Shown here: positions 9,847 through 17,939 of the stretch, piece after piece
How positions within the stretch are numbered: position 1 is the first letter of the stretch
How the letters are laid out: each line of letters begins with the position of its first letter
Origin: Candidatus Velthaea sp.
GTDB lineage: Bacteria; Vulcanimicrobiota; Vulcanimicrobiia; Vulcanimicrobiales; Vulcanimicrobiaceae
Length of the DNA: 49,113 nucleotides
NCBI GenBank assembly: GCA_050012475.1
Contig: JBEKHC010000032.1
Location: 1-49,113, forward strand
Direction: 5' to 3'
Position numbers and translations under genes: made by a program
Notes under the pieces: model-generated
Told to the model about the DNA's origin: nothing
Seen by the model: only the letters and a program-made list of their open reading frames with translations
The model's database searches: none

Positions 9847-10463
9847 CACAGCGGCCCCCACGCGCCGACGGTCAGCCCGACAGCGGCGCCGCCGGCGATG
9901 AACGGACCGAAGCGCAACGCATCGGTGCGTCGGGCGCGTCCGCAACCGATCATGGTGACGGCGTACAGCGCGCCCAAAACGAAGGCGCTTCCGATCGCTA
10001 CAATCGCCGGCTGGAGGCCGTAGCCCAAAGCGACGGCCGCGCCCAGCTTCACGTCGCCCAAGCCGATGCCGCGGCGTCCGGTGAGCAGATACAAGCTGCC
10101 CAGGGCGGCACCGACGATGGCCGCCGCGAGGAAGCCGTCCGGCGCGTGAAAGTTCAAACCGGCGGTGATGCACGAAACGGCGGCCATGATCGCCGACAAC
10201 GCGTCGAAGATGAACCCGGTGCGGGCATCGACCAGCCCGCACACTATCGCGCCCACCAGCGCAGCGCCGGCCGGCAGCGCGACGGACGAGGGATACAGAA
10301 CCGCGGTCCCGCCGGCCGCGGCCGCGCCGAGCACGAGCAGCCAGACCGGCAGCGTTCCCAACGCCAGCGCCCGCCGGCGCGCTACGTGCCGGGCAACGAA
10401 CCACAGACACGCCGCGTAGGCGCCGCCCGCGACACAAACGATGGTGAGCAATAGCGTCGTCAT
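9843..10463 (-). CDS. Prepilin peptidase (A24), peptidase domain only
   Basis: Polytopic; catalytic Asp motifs VDARTGFIFD and GLGDVKL; FGPFI. Confidence 0.85.
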   Translation of the reverse strand: MTTLLLTIVCVAGGAYAACLWFVARHVARRRALALGTLPVWLLVLGAAAAGGTAVLYPSSVALPAGAALVGAIVCGLVDARTGFIFDALSAIMAAVSCITAGLNFHAPDGFLAAAIVGAALGSLYLLTGRRGIGLGDVKLGAAVALGYGLQPAIVAIGSAFVLGALYAVTMIGCGRARRTDALRFGPFIAGGAAVGLTVGAWGPLW

Positions 10464-10993
10464 CGCAGCTCAGCCAGGGCCGCGCGTGCGGGAGCGAAGG
10501 CGGGATCGTGAACGAGTGCGACCGAGAAAAAGCGTCGCGCGTCGCGCACGTCGCCCAGCCGCCAGGCTACCCGTCCGGCAAGATGATCGTAGCGCGGGTC
10601 GCGGCCGGCCCTTCCGGCAGCGGCGAAGTCGTGTTCGGCCGCGCGCCAACGGCCTAGACGCTGTTCGGCAAGGCCGCGATCCGCGAGCAAGGCTGCATCA
10701 TCGAGCGTGCGCGCGAGCGCGTTGGTCGCCACGCCGATCGCGGCTTGCGCGTCGCCCGGCTGACGGCGCATCGCCAAGTAGAACGCGAGCCGGTCGGCGG
10801 CGCGGGCCGATTGGGGATCGAGTGTCAGCGCTCGCGCATAGTAGCGCACCGCCGCGACGCGGTCGCCGGCGCGCAGCGCATCGTCGCCGCGCGTGATCAG
10901 CGCGCTCGCGAGTTGTCCGTGAAACAATCCGCCGGCTAGGCTCAGGGCCACCGCGGCAATCGCGAACCGGCGCCCGAGCGGAATGGCGCTCAT
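10460..10993 (-). CDS. Exported or membrane-anchored TPR-repeat protein
   Basis: Hydrophobic N-terminus, then TPR-like repeats (AVRYYARALTLDP; LLADRGLAEQRLGRWRAAEHDF; FSVALVHDP); ATGA overlaps at both ends. Confidence 0.75.
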   Translation of the reverse strand: MSAIPLGRRFAIAAVALSLAGGLFHGQLASALITRGDDALRAGDRVAAVRYYARALTLDPQSARAADRLAFYLAMRRQPGDAQAAIGVATNALARTLDDAALLADRGLAEQRLGRWRAAEHDFAAAGRAGRDPRYDHLAGRVAWRLGDVRDARRFFSVALVHDPAFAPARAALAELR

Positions 10994-11667
10994 GCCAGCA
11001 CCGCGTAATACATGCCCAGCGCGAGCATCAAGACCGCGCTCACGATGGCCGGCCCTTGGCCCCGAAAAACATTCGGCGTCCAGCGGGTGACGAGCGCGCC
11101 GATTTGTCCGGTGAAGAGCAGCGGCAGCGCATGACCGGCTCCGAAAAGCGCCAGCAGCACCGCACCCAAGAGCGGCTCGCCGGATGCCGTCGACGTTGCG
11201 ACGACCGCTGCCAGCAGCGGCGTGCAGCACGGTGATACGACGAGTGCGCTCGACGCGCCGAGCAGAAAAATAGCGCCGAGCGAACGGGGCTGCGAGCGCG
11301 TGGCAGCGGCGGTGCCGTGCGCTTCGCCGATGTGCCGGTGAGGTTCGGCGCGCACGAGCCCATAGGCCCCGCCAGCGATGAGCGCGCCGGCTAGGATTAT
11401 GTCGATCGCGCTCGACGACGACCACAGCGTTCCGAGCAGCCCGCCGCCGAAACCCAGCGCGACGTACGCGCCGATCAAACCGGCCACGAACGCCAGCGTC
11501 GGGACCAGCGGCCGCCGGTCGTGCGCGGCGAGCGCGGCGATCGCCACGTAGCGCGGCGCAATGCACGGCCCGACGCTCGAGAGCACGCCGCCGAGAAACA
11601 CCAATCCGAATGCCGTCGGCGTGTGCGCGGTCAAGGCCAGCAGGGAGGCGGCGATCGGATCGATCAT
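10990..11667 (-). CDS. ccdA: CcdA/DsbD-beta family thiol-disulfide membrane transporter
   Basis: About six TM helices; redox Cys motifs GGVLSSVGPCIAP and SPCCTPLL; FGAGHALPL. Confidence 0.85.
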   Translation of the reverse strand: MIDPIAASLLALTAHTPTAFGLVFLGGVLSSVGPCIAPRYVAIAALAAHDRRPLVPTLAFVAGLIGAYVALGFGGGLLGTLWSSSSAIDIILAGALIAGGAYGLVRAEPHRHIGEAHGTAAATRSQPRSLGAIFLLGASSALVVSPCCTPLLAAVVATSTASGEPLLGAVLLALFGAGHALPLLFTGQIGALVTRWTPNVFRGQGPAIVSAVLMLALGMYYAVLA

Positions 11668-12191
11668 TTGGCGAGCAAACCCGCTCCGGAGGCGTATTCG
11701 ATCGATTTCGTGCAGCCTTGCGCCCCGCACAGGCCGGCGGAGGCTTTGCCCGTTCCGTCGTCTTTGTTCAATTTCGCGAGCGTCGAGGCCGCGTGCGTAC
11801 CGGGGCAAACGATGAGATAACTCTGGCCGTCGCCGGTCGGCTGCGTGAACGTGTACTTCGCGGGCACGGCACCGGGATCGGCCGGATCGCGCGGCGTGTT
11901 GTTCAGATACGTTACCGTCGCGGTGTTGAGCGCATCGGGGACGGCGCCGGGATCGGGGTAGCGCTGGTTGTCCGCATAGTACAATTCCATCGCGGTGGCG
12001 ATCGCGCGCAGGTTCGATTCGCAGGCGGACGTTTGCGCTTGAGCGCGCGCGTTCACGAAATTCGGAATGAGAATTCCGGCCAGAATCGCGATGATCGCCA
12101 CGACGATCATGAGCTCGATCAGCGTAAAGCCGCGTTCGCCGGCATGCCGATCGGGTGCACGCTGCGCGGAGTGTGTTTCGATCGGCCACAT
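11664..12191 (-). CDS. Type IV (pre)pilin
   Basis: Class III signal G|FTLIELMIVVAIIAILAGILIPNF with Glu5; four Cys in the head domain. Confidence 0.92.
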   Translation of the reverse strand: MWPIETHSAQRAPDRHAGERGFTLIELMIVVAIIAILAGILIPNFVNARAQAQTSACESNLRAIATAMELYYADNQRYPDPGAVPDALNTATVTYLNNTPRDPADPGAVPAKYTFTQPTGDGQSYLIVCPGTHAASTLAKLNKDDGTGKASAGLCGAQGCTKSIEYASGAGLLAK

Positions 12192-12227
12192 AGCCGCAGC
12201 ACTCCGAGTGCCCGTTGGCCCGCGCAC

Positions 12228-12932
12228 TTATGCCACTTTCCGCTGGAGTTTTCCGAGCGCCCGTTTGATGACTTTCGACACCTGGCTTTGCGAAAGACCC
12301 AAGCGCCGGCCGAGTTGCGCCTGGGACAATCCGGCGCCGAACGATCCTAGCACCGCCAGGCGCTCGCGTTCGGCCAACTCGTCGATTGCCGTGCGCAGCG
12401 AGAGCTGCTCGTCGACGCCGATCGCCGTCGTGCCCGATGCGAGCTCGCCGGTCGGCGAGCCGGTATAGGCTTCGAGCGACACGACCGCCCCGCCCCGGCG
12501 CAGGACCCGCAGCTCGTCCACGAGGGCGGCGTCGACATGCAGTTCGGCGGCGATCTCGGCCGGCGTCGGCGTCCGTGCCAGCCGCGAAGCGAGGATCTCG
12601 CTGACGAGCGCATAGCGCTTCTCGAGCGCGCGCAATCCGCGCGGGATGCGTATGATGCGTTCGTGATCGCGGACGTAGTGCATGAGCTCACCGACTACCA
12701 GCAGCCACGCGTAGGCCTCGAACGGAGTTTGCAGTTCCGCATCGTAGCCGTGCACGGCTTTGAGCAGGCCGATCGCACCGACTTGCGCCAAGTCGGCGCG
12801 GTCGATTCCGGCGCGCCCGAATTTTTTCGCGCCGCGCAGACACAAGTACCAGTAGGCGGTGACCAGCCGGTCGCGATTGCCTTGCGAACGTTCGGCCAGA
12901 TACGCCGCGAGGGCGGTTTCTTGCGGTGTCAT
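12228..12932 (-). CDS. SigB/SigF/SigG-family (group 3) RNA polymerase sigma factor
   Basis: Region 2 DLAQVGAIGLLKAV...FEAYA...GELMHYVRD...IRIPR; region 3 LARTPTPAEIAAEL; region 4 LSQAQLGRRLGLSQSQVS. Confidence 0.9.
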   Translation of the reverse strand: MTPQETALAAYLAERSQGNRDRLVTAYWYLCLRGAKKFGRAGIDRADLAQVGAIGLLKAVHGYDAELQTPFEAYAWLLVVGELMHYVRDHERIIRIPRGLRALEKRYALVSEILASRLARTPTPAEIAAELHVDAALVDELRVLRRGGAVVSLEAYTGSPTGELASGTTAIGVDEQLSLRTAIDELAERERLAVLGSFGAGLSQAQLGRRLGLSQSQVSKVIKRALGKLQRKVA

Positions 12933-14158
12933 TGTGCGACTTGTCCAATCAACGAATAGAGCGGAAGGAAGATCGAGAAGACGATGAAGGCGACCATGCT
13001 GCCGAGGATGACGATGAGCGCGGGTTCGATCGCGGCGGCAAGCGTCGCAATCGCAGCCTCGACGTCGCTCTCGAAATACTCGGCGAGCTTGAGCAGCATC
13101 TCGTCGAGCAGTCCGGTTTCTTCGCCCACCCTTGCGAAGGCGAAAAACATCGGGTCGAAAACATCGCATTGCGCGACGGCGTTGGCCAGCGGCTCGCCGG
13201 CGCGCAAGGCATGAGCGACGTCCCCGAACGCGCGCCCGAAGCGCGGACTTCCGGCGACGGGCACGACTGCGTCGAGGGCGGACACCAAGTCGATCCCCGA
13301 GCGCAGCAGCGTGGCCAGCATGCGGATGACCCGTGCCGCGATGGCCTTCTGTAAGAGCGGACCGATGACGGGCAGCCGCAGCCGCGCGCCGTCGATGAAC
13401 AGCGCGCCAGCTGGGTGGCGGCCAACGCGCACGACCGCGAATGCCAGCAGCGGAAGTCCAAGCGCGGCAACGAGCCAAGGCAGCGGTGCGGCCAGCCATG
13501 CACCCAAGCGCAGCAGAACGTGTGTCGCCAGCGGCATCTCGACGTGGAAGCTGTCGAAGAGTTGAGCGAACATCGGCACGATTTTCACGATCAGAAAAAC
13601 CATGAGCGACGTCGCGGCGAGCATGACGATCGCGGGATAGGCGAGCGCCGTCTGAACCTTTTTGCGCAGCGCCGATTCCCGTTCGAGTAAAACGGCGAGG
13701 CGCTCGATCACGTCATCGAGGATGCCGCCTGCTTCTCCGGCGGCAATCATCGCGACGTACAGCGGCGGGAAATCGGCGGGCCGGCGGCTCATCGCTTCGC
13801 TGAGCGGCGTCCCCTGTTCGACGTCGGCGAGAACCGAGCGCAGCGCTTCGGCCAGTCGCGCGTCGGCGGCCCGTTCGATCGTGACCGAGAGTGCCTGGCC
13901 GATCGAAACGCCGGCCCGCACGAGGGTTGCGAACGAGCGGAAAAATGCGCGCAAAGCGGTGTGTGAAACGCGGCCGATGCGCAGCTCGCGCGCGATCCGC
14001 TCGGCAAGCTGGTTCTCCGCGTCGACGGCGGTGACGAAGAGCGCGCGGCTGCGCAACAGATCGAGGACGTTGCGCGGTTGCGCGGCCTGCATCGAACCGC
14101 GCACGAGTTTTCCGTCGAGTGTTCGGGCTGTGTAGTGAAAGGTGCGGACTTGGGTCAT
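12929..14158 (-). CDS. pilC: Type IV pilus platform protein PilC (GspF family)
   Basis: FHYTARTLDGK, AGEAGG, ALAYP, IVPMF, GEETGLLD, IEPALIV. Confidence 0.93.
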   Translation of the reverse strand: MTQVRTFHYTARTLDGKLVRGSMQAAQPRNVLDLLRSRALFVTAVDAENQLAERIARELRIGRVSHTALRAFFRSFATLVRAGVSIGQALSVTIERAADARLAEALRSVLADVEQGTPLSEAMSRRPADFPPLYVAMIAAGEAGGILDDVIERLAVLLERESALRKKVQTALAYPAIVMLAATSLMVFLIVKIVPMFAQLFDSFHVEMPLATHVLLRLGAWLAAPLPWLVAALGLPLLAFAVVRVGRHPAGALFIDGARLRLPVIGPLLQKAIAARVIRMLATLLRSGIDLVSALDAVVPVAGSPRFGRAFGDVAHALRAGEPLANAVAQCDVFDPMFFAFARVGEETGLLDEMLLKLAEYFESDVEAAIATLAAAIEPALIVILGSMVAFIVFSIFLPLYSLIGQVAQ

Positions 14159-15240
14159 GCCGCGCCTCGAACGGGTTCGCGCACGTCGTGCGGGCGGCTG
14201 GTGACGGCTTGTGCTTCGCGCAGTGCAATCTCGCGCCGGGCGACGAGTTCGCACAGGTGGTGTTCGAGCGTCTGCATCCCGGCGCCGCGTCCGGTGACGA
14301 TCGCGTTGCGCAGCTGATGCGTCTTACCTTCGCGGATCATCGTGCGCACGCCGTCGGTTGCAATGAGAATCTCGGCCGCGCAGCGGCGGCCGCTGCCCGA
14401 GAGGCGCGGCACCAAGCGCAGCCCGACGGTGGCCAGCAAGACCGCCGCGAGCTGCGCGCGGATCTGGTTCTGCGCTTCGGGGGCAAAGGCGTCGACGATG
14501 CGATCGATCGTTTGCGCGGCGTCGTTGGTGTGCAGCGTCGCGAGCACCAAGTGACCGGTTTCCGCGGCGGTCAACGCCGCAGCCATGGTCTCTCGATCGC
14601 GCATCTCGCCGATCGAGATCACGTCCGGGTCGGCGCGCAGCACTCCGCGCAGCGCCTCAGCGAAGTTGACGACGTCGCGACCGACCTCGCAATGCGCGAT
14701 CGCCGAACGGATGGGGTCGTGCACGTATTCGATCGGATCTTCGATCGTGATGATGTTGCGTTCGCTGGTCCGATTGATGGTATCGATCAGCGCGGCGAGC
14801 GCGGTGGTCTTCCCGCTGCCGGTCGGTCCGGTAAAGAGCAGCAGACCCAACGGCGCGCCCGCGAAGCCGCCGATCGCGGCGGGCAACTCGAGCTGTCCGA
14901 GCTGTGGCACGCTCTGCGCGAGCAGCCGCACCACGACCCGAACGCCGCCGAGCTGACGGTACGCATGGATTCTGGCTGGCCCGATGTCCGAGGCGAGGTA
15001 CGCGGCGTCGGCGGTGCCGTGGTCCGCGAGGCGGTGCAGGGCGGCCGACCCCAGCGCGGCTTCGAGAAAGACCGCGATCGCCGCTTCGGGGAGCGGTTCG
15101 TCGTCGAGCACGATGAGCCGGCCGTCGATCCGCAGCGCCGCGCGGGCGCCCCCGCCGAAGTGGATGTCGGACGCCCGCCGAACGCGCGCGTTGCGCAATA
15201 GTTCGTCGATACGGATTGCGGCGAGCTGCACGTCCATCAT
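14155..15240 (-). CDS. pilT: Retraction ATPase PilT
   Basis: ASDIHF, Walker A GPTGSGKTT, TIEDPIE, DPDVISIGEMRD, AAETGHLVLATLHT, VRTMIRE (AIRNLIRE-like), GMQT. Confidence 0.92.
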   Translation of the reverse strand: MMDVQLAAIRIDELLRNARVRRASDIHFGGGARAALRIDGRLIVLDDEPLPEAAIAVFLEAALGSAALHRLADHGTADAAYLASDIGPARIHAYRQLGGVRVVVRLLAQSVPQLGQLELPAAIGGFAGAPLGLLLFTGPTGSGKTTALAALIDTINRTSERNIITIEDPIEYVHDPIRSAIAHCEVGRDVVNFAEALRGVLRADPDVISIGEMRDRETMAAALTAAETGHLVLATLHTNDAAQTIDRIVDAFAPEAQNQIRAQLAAVLLATVGLRLVPRLSGSGRRCAAEILIATDGVRTMIREGKTHQLRNAIVTGRGAGMQTLEHHLCELVARREIALREAQAVTSRPHDVREPVRGAA

Positions 15241-16679
15241 GCGCCGTTCCAGGCGACGACGCGGACGAGTTCGGCGAAACTGGTATCGCCGGCCAAGACC
15301 TTGGCGAACCCGTCGTGGAACATCGGCCGATAGCCCGAAGCCGACGCGAGCTGCGCGATCGTCACGCTCGAGCCGCCGGCGCCGATCGCGTCGCGCAGCG
15401 CGTCGTCGACGACGAGCAGTTCGTACACGCCCACCCGCCCGCAGTATCCGGTTTGCGCGCAGGCCCGGCAGCTGCCGGGAATCCACCACTGCGCCTGTTT
15501 AGTTTCGAGGCGCGCTTTGAGGTCGGCGGGAATGTCCGCCGCGATCCGGCAGCTTTCGCACAGCCGGCGGACCAGCCGCTGCGCCAGGATCGCGGTCAGC
15601 CCCGCGGCCAGGGACTGGCGCGCCACACCCAGTTCGACGAGGCGTTCGACCGTTCGCGGAGCATCGTTGCTGTGCAGCGTGGTGAACACGAGCTGGCCGG
15701 CGAGTGAAGCCGAGATCGCAACGCCGGCGGTTTGGGCGTCACGCATCTCGCCGACCATGATGACGTCCGGATCTTGGCGCATGAATCCGCGCAACGCGCT
15801 CTCGAACGTGACGCCGGCGCGCGGGTTCACGCCGACTTGGGTGACCCCGGGCACGCGCATCTCGACCGGATCTTCGACCGAACAGACGTTGTTGAGCGCG
15901 GCGTCGAGGTCGCCGAGCGACGCGTACAGGGTCGTCGTTTTCCCGCTGCCCGTTGGACCGGTCACGACGATGAAGCCCCACGGCGAGCGCAACAGCCGCC
16001 GATAGGTCGCGAGCAGCCTGGGCGGCATGCCCAGCGCGGTGATGTCGCAGCTTTGCGCGTGACGATCGAGCAGCCGAATCACGAGCTTTTCGCCGTCGAT
16101 GGTGGGCAGCGACGCAACGCGCGCGTCGATCGCGCGACCCTCGAAGGGAATCGTCAGCCGTCCGTCCTGCGGCTGGCGTTTGTCGGCGATATCCATTCCG
16201 GCCGACAATTTGATCCGCGAGACAAAGGCGTTGTAGCGGTCGGCGGCGATCGTTTCGAGCGGAACGAGAATACCGTCCACGCGCAAGCGAATCGCTCCGC
16301 CCGCTGGGTTCGGTTCGATGTGAATGTCGCTGGCATGCGCGCCGATCGCACGCACGAACATCGAATCGACGCTGCGCACGGTCGGGACGTCGGCAGCGCG
16401 CCGCTCGCTTAGCGTCGTGCCCGAAGCATCGCGGCCATATGCCGCAAAAAGGCGTTCGCGAATGTGTTCGCGCGGCATGCGGACCGGCTCGATGCGCAGC
16501 CGCGTGGCTTGGCGCAGCGCATCGAGCACGTTGCCGTCTTCGATATCGGGCAGCGCAACGGCGAGTTTTCCGTCGTGCAGCCAAAGCGGCAGGGCGTCGC
16601 AGCGAAACGCCAGCGTGCGTCCGACGCGCGCGAGCGCTTCCGAACTGCTTGCCGTCGCGGCGTTAGCAGCCATCGGCAT
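15237..16679 (-). CDS. pilB: Extension ATPase PilB (GspE/PulE family)
   Basis: ASDIHIEP, QPQDGR, GPTGSGKTTT, EDPVE, RQDPDVIMVGEMRD, tetracysteine CESC...CRAC, GRVGVYE. Start approximate. Confidence 0.93.
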   Translation of the reverse strand: MPMAANAATASSSEALARVGRTLAFRCDALPLWLHDGKLAVALPDIEDGNVLDALRQATRLRIEPVRMPREHIRERLFAAYGRDASGTTLSERRAADVPTVRSVDSMFVRAIGAHASDIHIEPNPAGGAIRLRVDGILVPLETIAADRYNAFVSRIKLSAGMDIADKRQPQDGRLTIPFEGRAIDARVASLPTIDGEKLVIRLLDRHAQSCDITALGMPPRLLATYRRLLRSPWGFIVVTGPTGSGKTTTLYASLGDLDAALNNVCSVEDPVEMRVPGVTQVGVNPRAGVTFESALRGFMRQDPDVIMVGEMRDAQTAGVAISASLAGQLVFTTLHSNDAPRTVERLVELGVARQSLAAGLTAILAQRLVRRLCESCRIAADIPADLKARLETKQAQWWIPGSCRACAQTGYCGRVGVYELLVVDDALRDAIGAGGSSVTIAQLASASGYRPMFHDGFAKVLAGDTSFAELVRVVAWNGA

Positions 16680-17006
16680 CCGTATCCAAGCAACGTGTCG
16701 CGGCCTTTGCCGTGCGAACGACAAGCGGCGTCAAAGTGATACCACCAAGAAAAGAACCATGTGCTCGAGGATCGAGCGAGCGCGAAGAGTGTGCGAATAT
16801 CATCGCTTGATTCGGCTGCGCTGCCAATCGTCGTCAGCCGCGTGCGGGCCGGGACATTGTGTCGCAGCGGGCCGAGGACTTCGGACGGTAGTGGATCGCC
16901 GGTTTGGTGGGAAGGCGGGGTTAATACCGGCGTGCAGCGTGATTCGGCGACGTACCGCGACCGGTTCAGCGGCGGGTGTCGAGCGCGCGAAAGGTGTGCG
17001 GTCCCG

Positions 17007-17201
17007 TCAGCGCCAGGTTATCGCGGGCGCTTCGGCGATTGCGCGGCCGTCGCCCAGCACGTGGTCGCAGTCGTAGAGCGGCGGGCTGAGCGTCTTGCCG
17101 CAGAAGATACAGGGACGATCGGGCTGCTTGGAGCGGCACAGATCGAGAGCGGCCATGAAAACGGCCGTGGCGATACAAAAAAGTCCGGCGCGTAAAATCA
17201 T
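17007..17201 (-). CDS. Putative small membrane protein with Cys/His cluster
   Basis: ATG start, hydrophobic first ~20 aa, CIFC...CDH; fills an otherwise empty gap. Confidence 0.4.
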   Translation of the reverse strand: MILRAGLFCIATAVFMAALDLCRSKQPDRPCIFCGKTLSPPLYDCDHVLGDGRAIAEAPAITWR

Positions 17202-17495
17202 AATGATGCCACAGTGTACGCGCGGGACGCGGGCTGCGCGTCTCGCGCTCGGCTCACGATCGCGAGGTAAAAGACCTAACGGTTCGTCGTGTTCGAATCG
17301 TCTCCGTGGACGCGCGGGAGGCCGGCACGTTTTCGTCGAGCGGGCGCGCTACCGAAGCGCCGCTCGAGTCGTCGTCGCTCGCGAAACCGCTGCCGCGACG
17401 GTTTACCGTCCTCACGCGCGCGAGGGACGATGTCCGAACAGCGATTTGTCCGCTCGTTCGCCGGACCTCTCGCGCGGCGAACAGAAGAACCGCCG

Positions 17496-17939
17496 ATGGA
17501 CACCATCGCGCACACCGAATACCTGACGTTGCATACCAAAAAGAAGTACGAAATCATCGACATCACCGATAGCGTCGAGCGGGTCCGCGCGGCCGCGAAT
17601 CTGCGCGATGGTTACGTGCTCGTCTCGACGATGCACATTACTTCGAGCATCTTCGTGAACGATCACGAACCCGGGCTGTGGTCGGATATCTTGGCCTGGG
17701 TCGAAAAACTCGCGCCAGCGGGACTCGATTACCGGCACCATCAAACTGGCGAAGACAATGGCGACGCCCACCTCAAGCGGATGCTGCTCGGGCATCAGGT
17801 GCTCGTACCGGTAACGAACGGCGCGCTCGATCTAGGCCCCTGGGAGCGCGTGCACTACGGCGAGTTCGACGGTCAGCGCCCCAAACGAATCCTGTTCAAG
17901 GCGCTGGGCATTCCCGCCGAGGCCCGCGTTACGGTTTGA
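17496..17939 (+). CDS. yjbQ: YjbQ/UPF0047 family protein
   Basis: EIIDIT, HITSS, YRHHQTGEDNGDAHLK, LGPWE, EFDG. Confidence 0.92.
   Translation: MDTIAHTEYLTLHTKKKYEIIDITDSVERVRAAANLRDGYVLVSTMHITSSIFVNDHEPGLWSDILAWVEKLAPAGLDYRHHQTGEDNGDAHLKRMLLGHQVLVPVTNGALDLGPWERVHYGEFDGQRPKRILFKALGIPAEARVTV

Noticed and set aside
10990..12191. Cytochrome nanowire / electron-transfer interpretation of ccdA plus pilin
   Set aside because: No CxxCH motif in the pilin or neighbouring genes, and no heme-lyase genes in the window
5802..16679. Type II secretion system or competence locus
   Set aside because: PilT and PilMNO indicate a retractile pilus; no pseudopilin set, comEA or comEC is in the window, so DNA uptake cannot be claimed
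16680..16800. c-di-GMP (GEMM) riboswitch or SigF promoter upstream of pilB
   Set aside because: GCACGGCAAA is present on the minus strand but without the GAAA tetraloop or second stem; the GGTAT-like boxes lack a correctly spaced -35 element
16798..17009. Selenocysteine read-through of the TGA ending the small Cys-rich ORF
   Set aside because: The downstream frame is not protein-like, the TGA is not in a redox motif, and no SECIS was recognised
17221..17482. Series of GC-rich hairpins upstream of yjbQ
   Set aside because: No known riboswitch consensus (e.g. TPP); compatible with chance pairing
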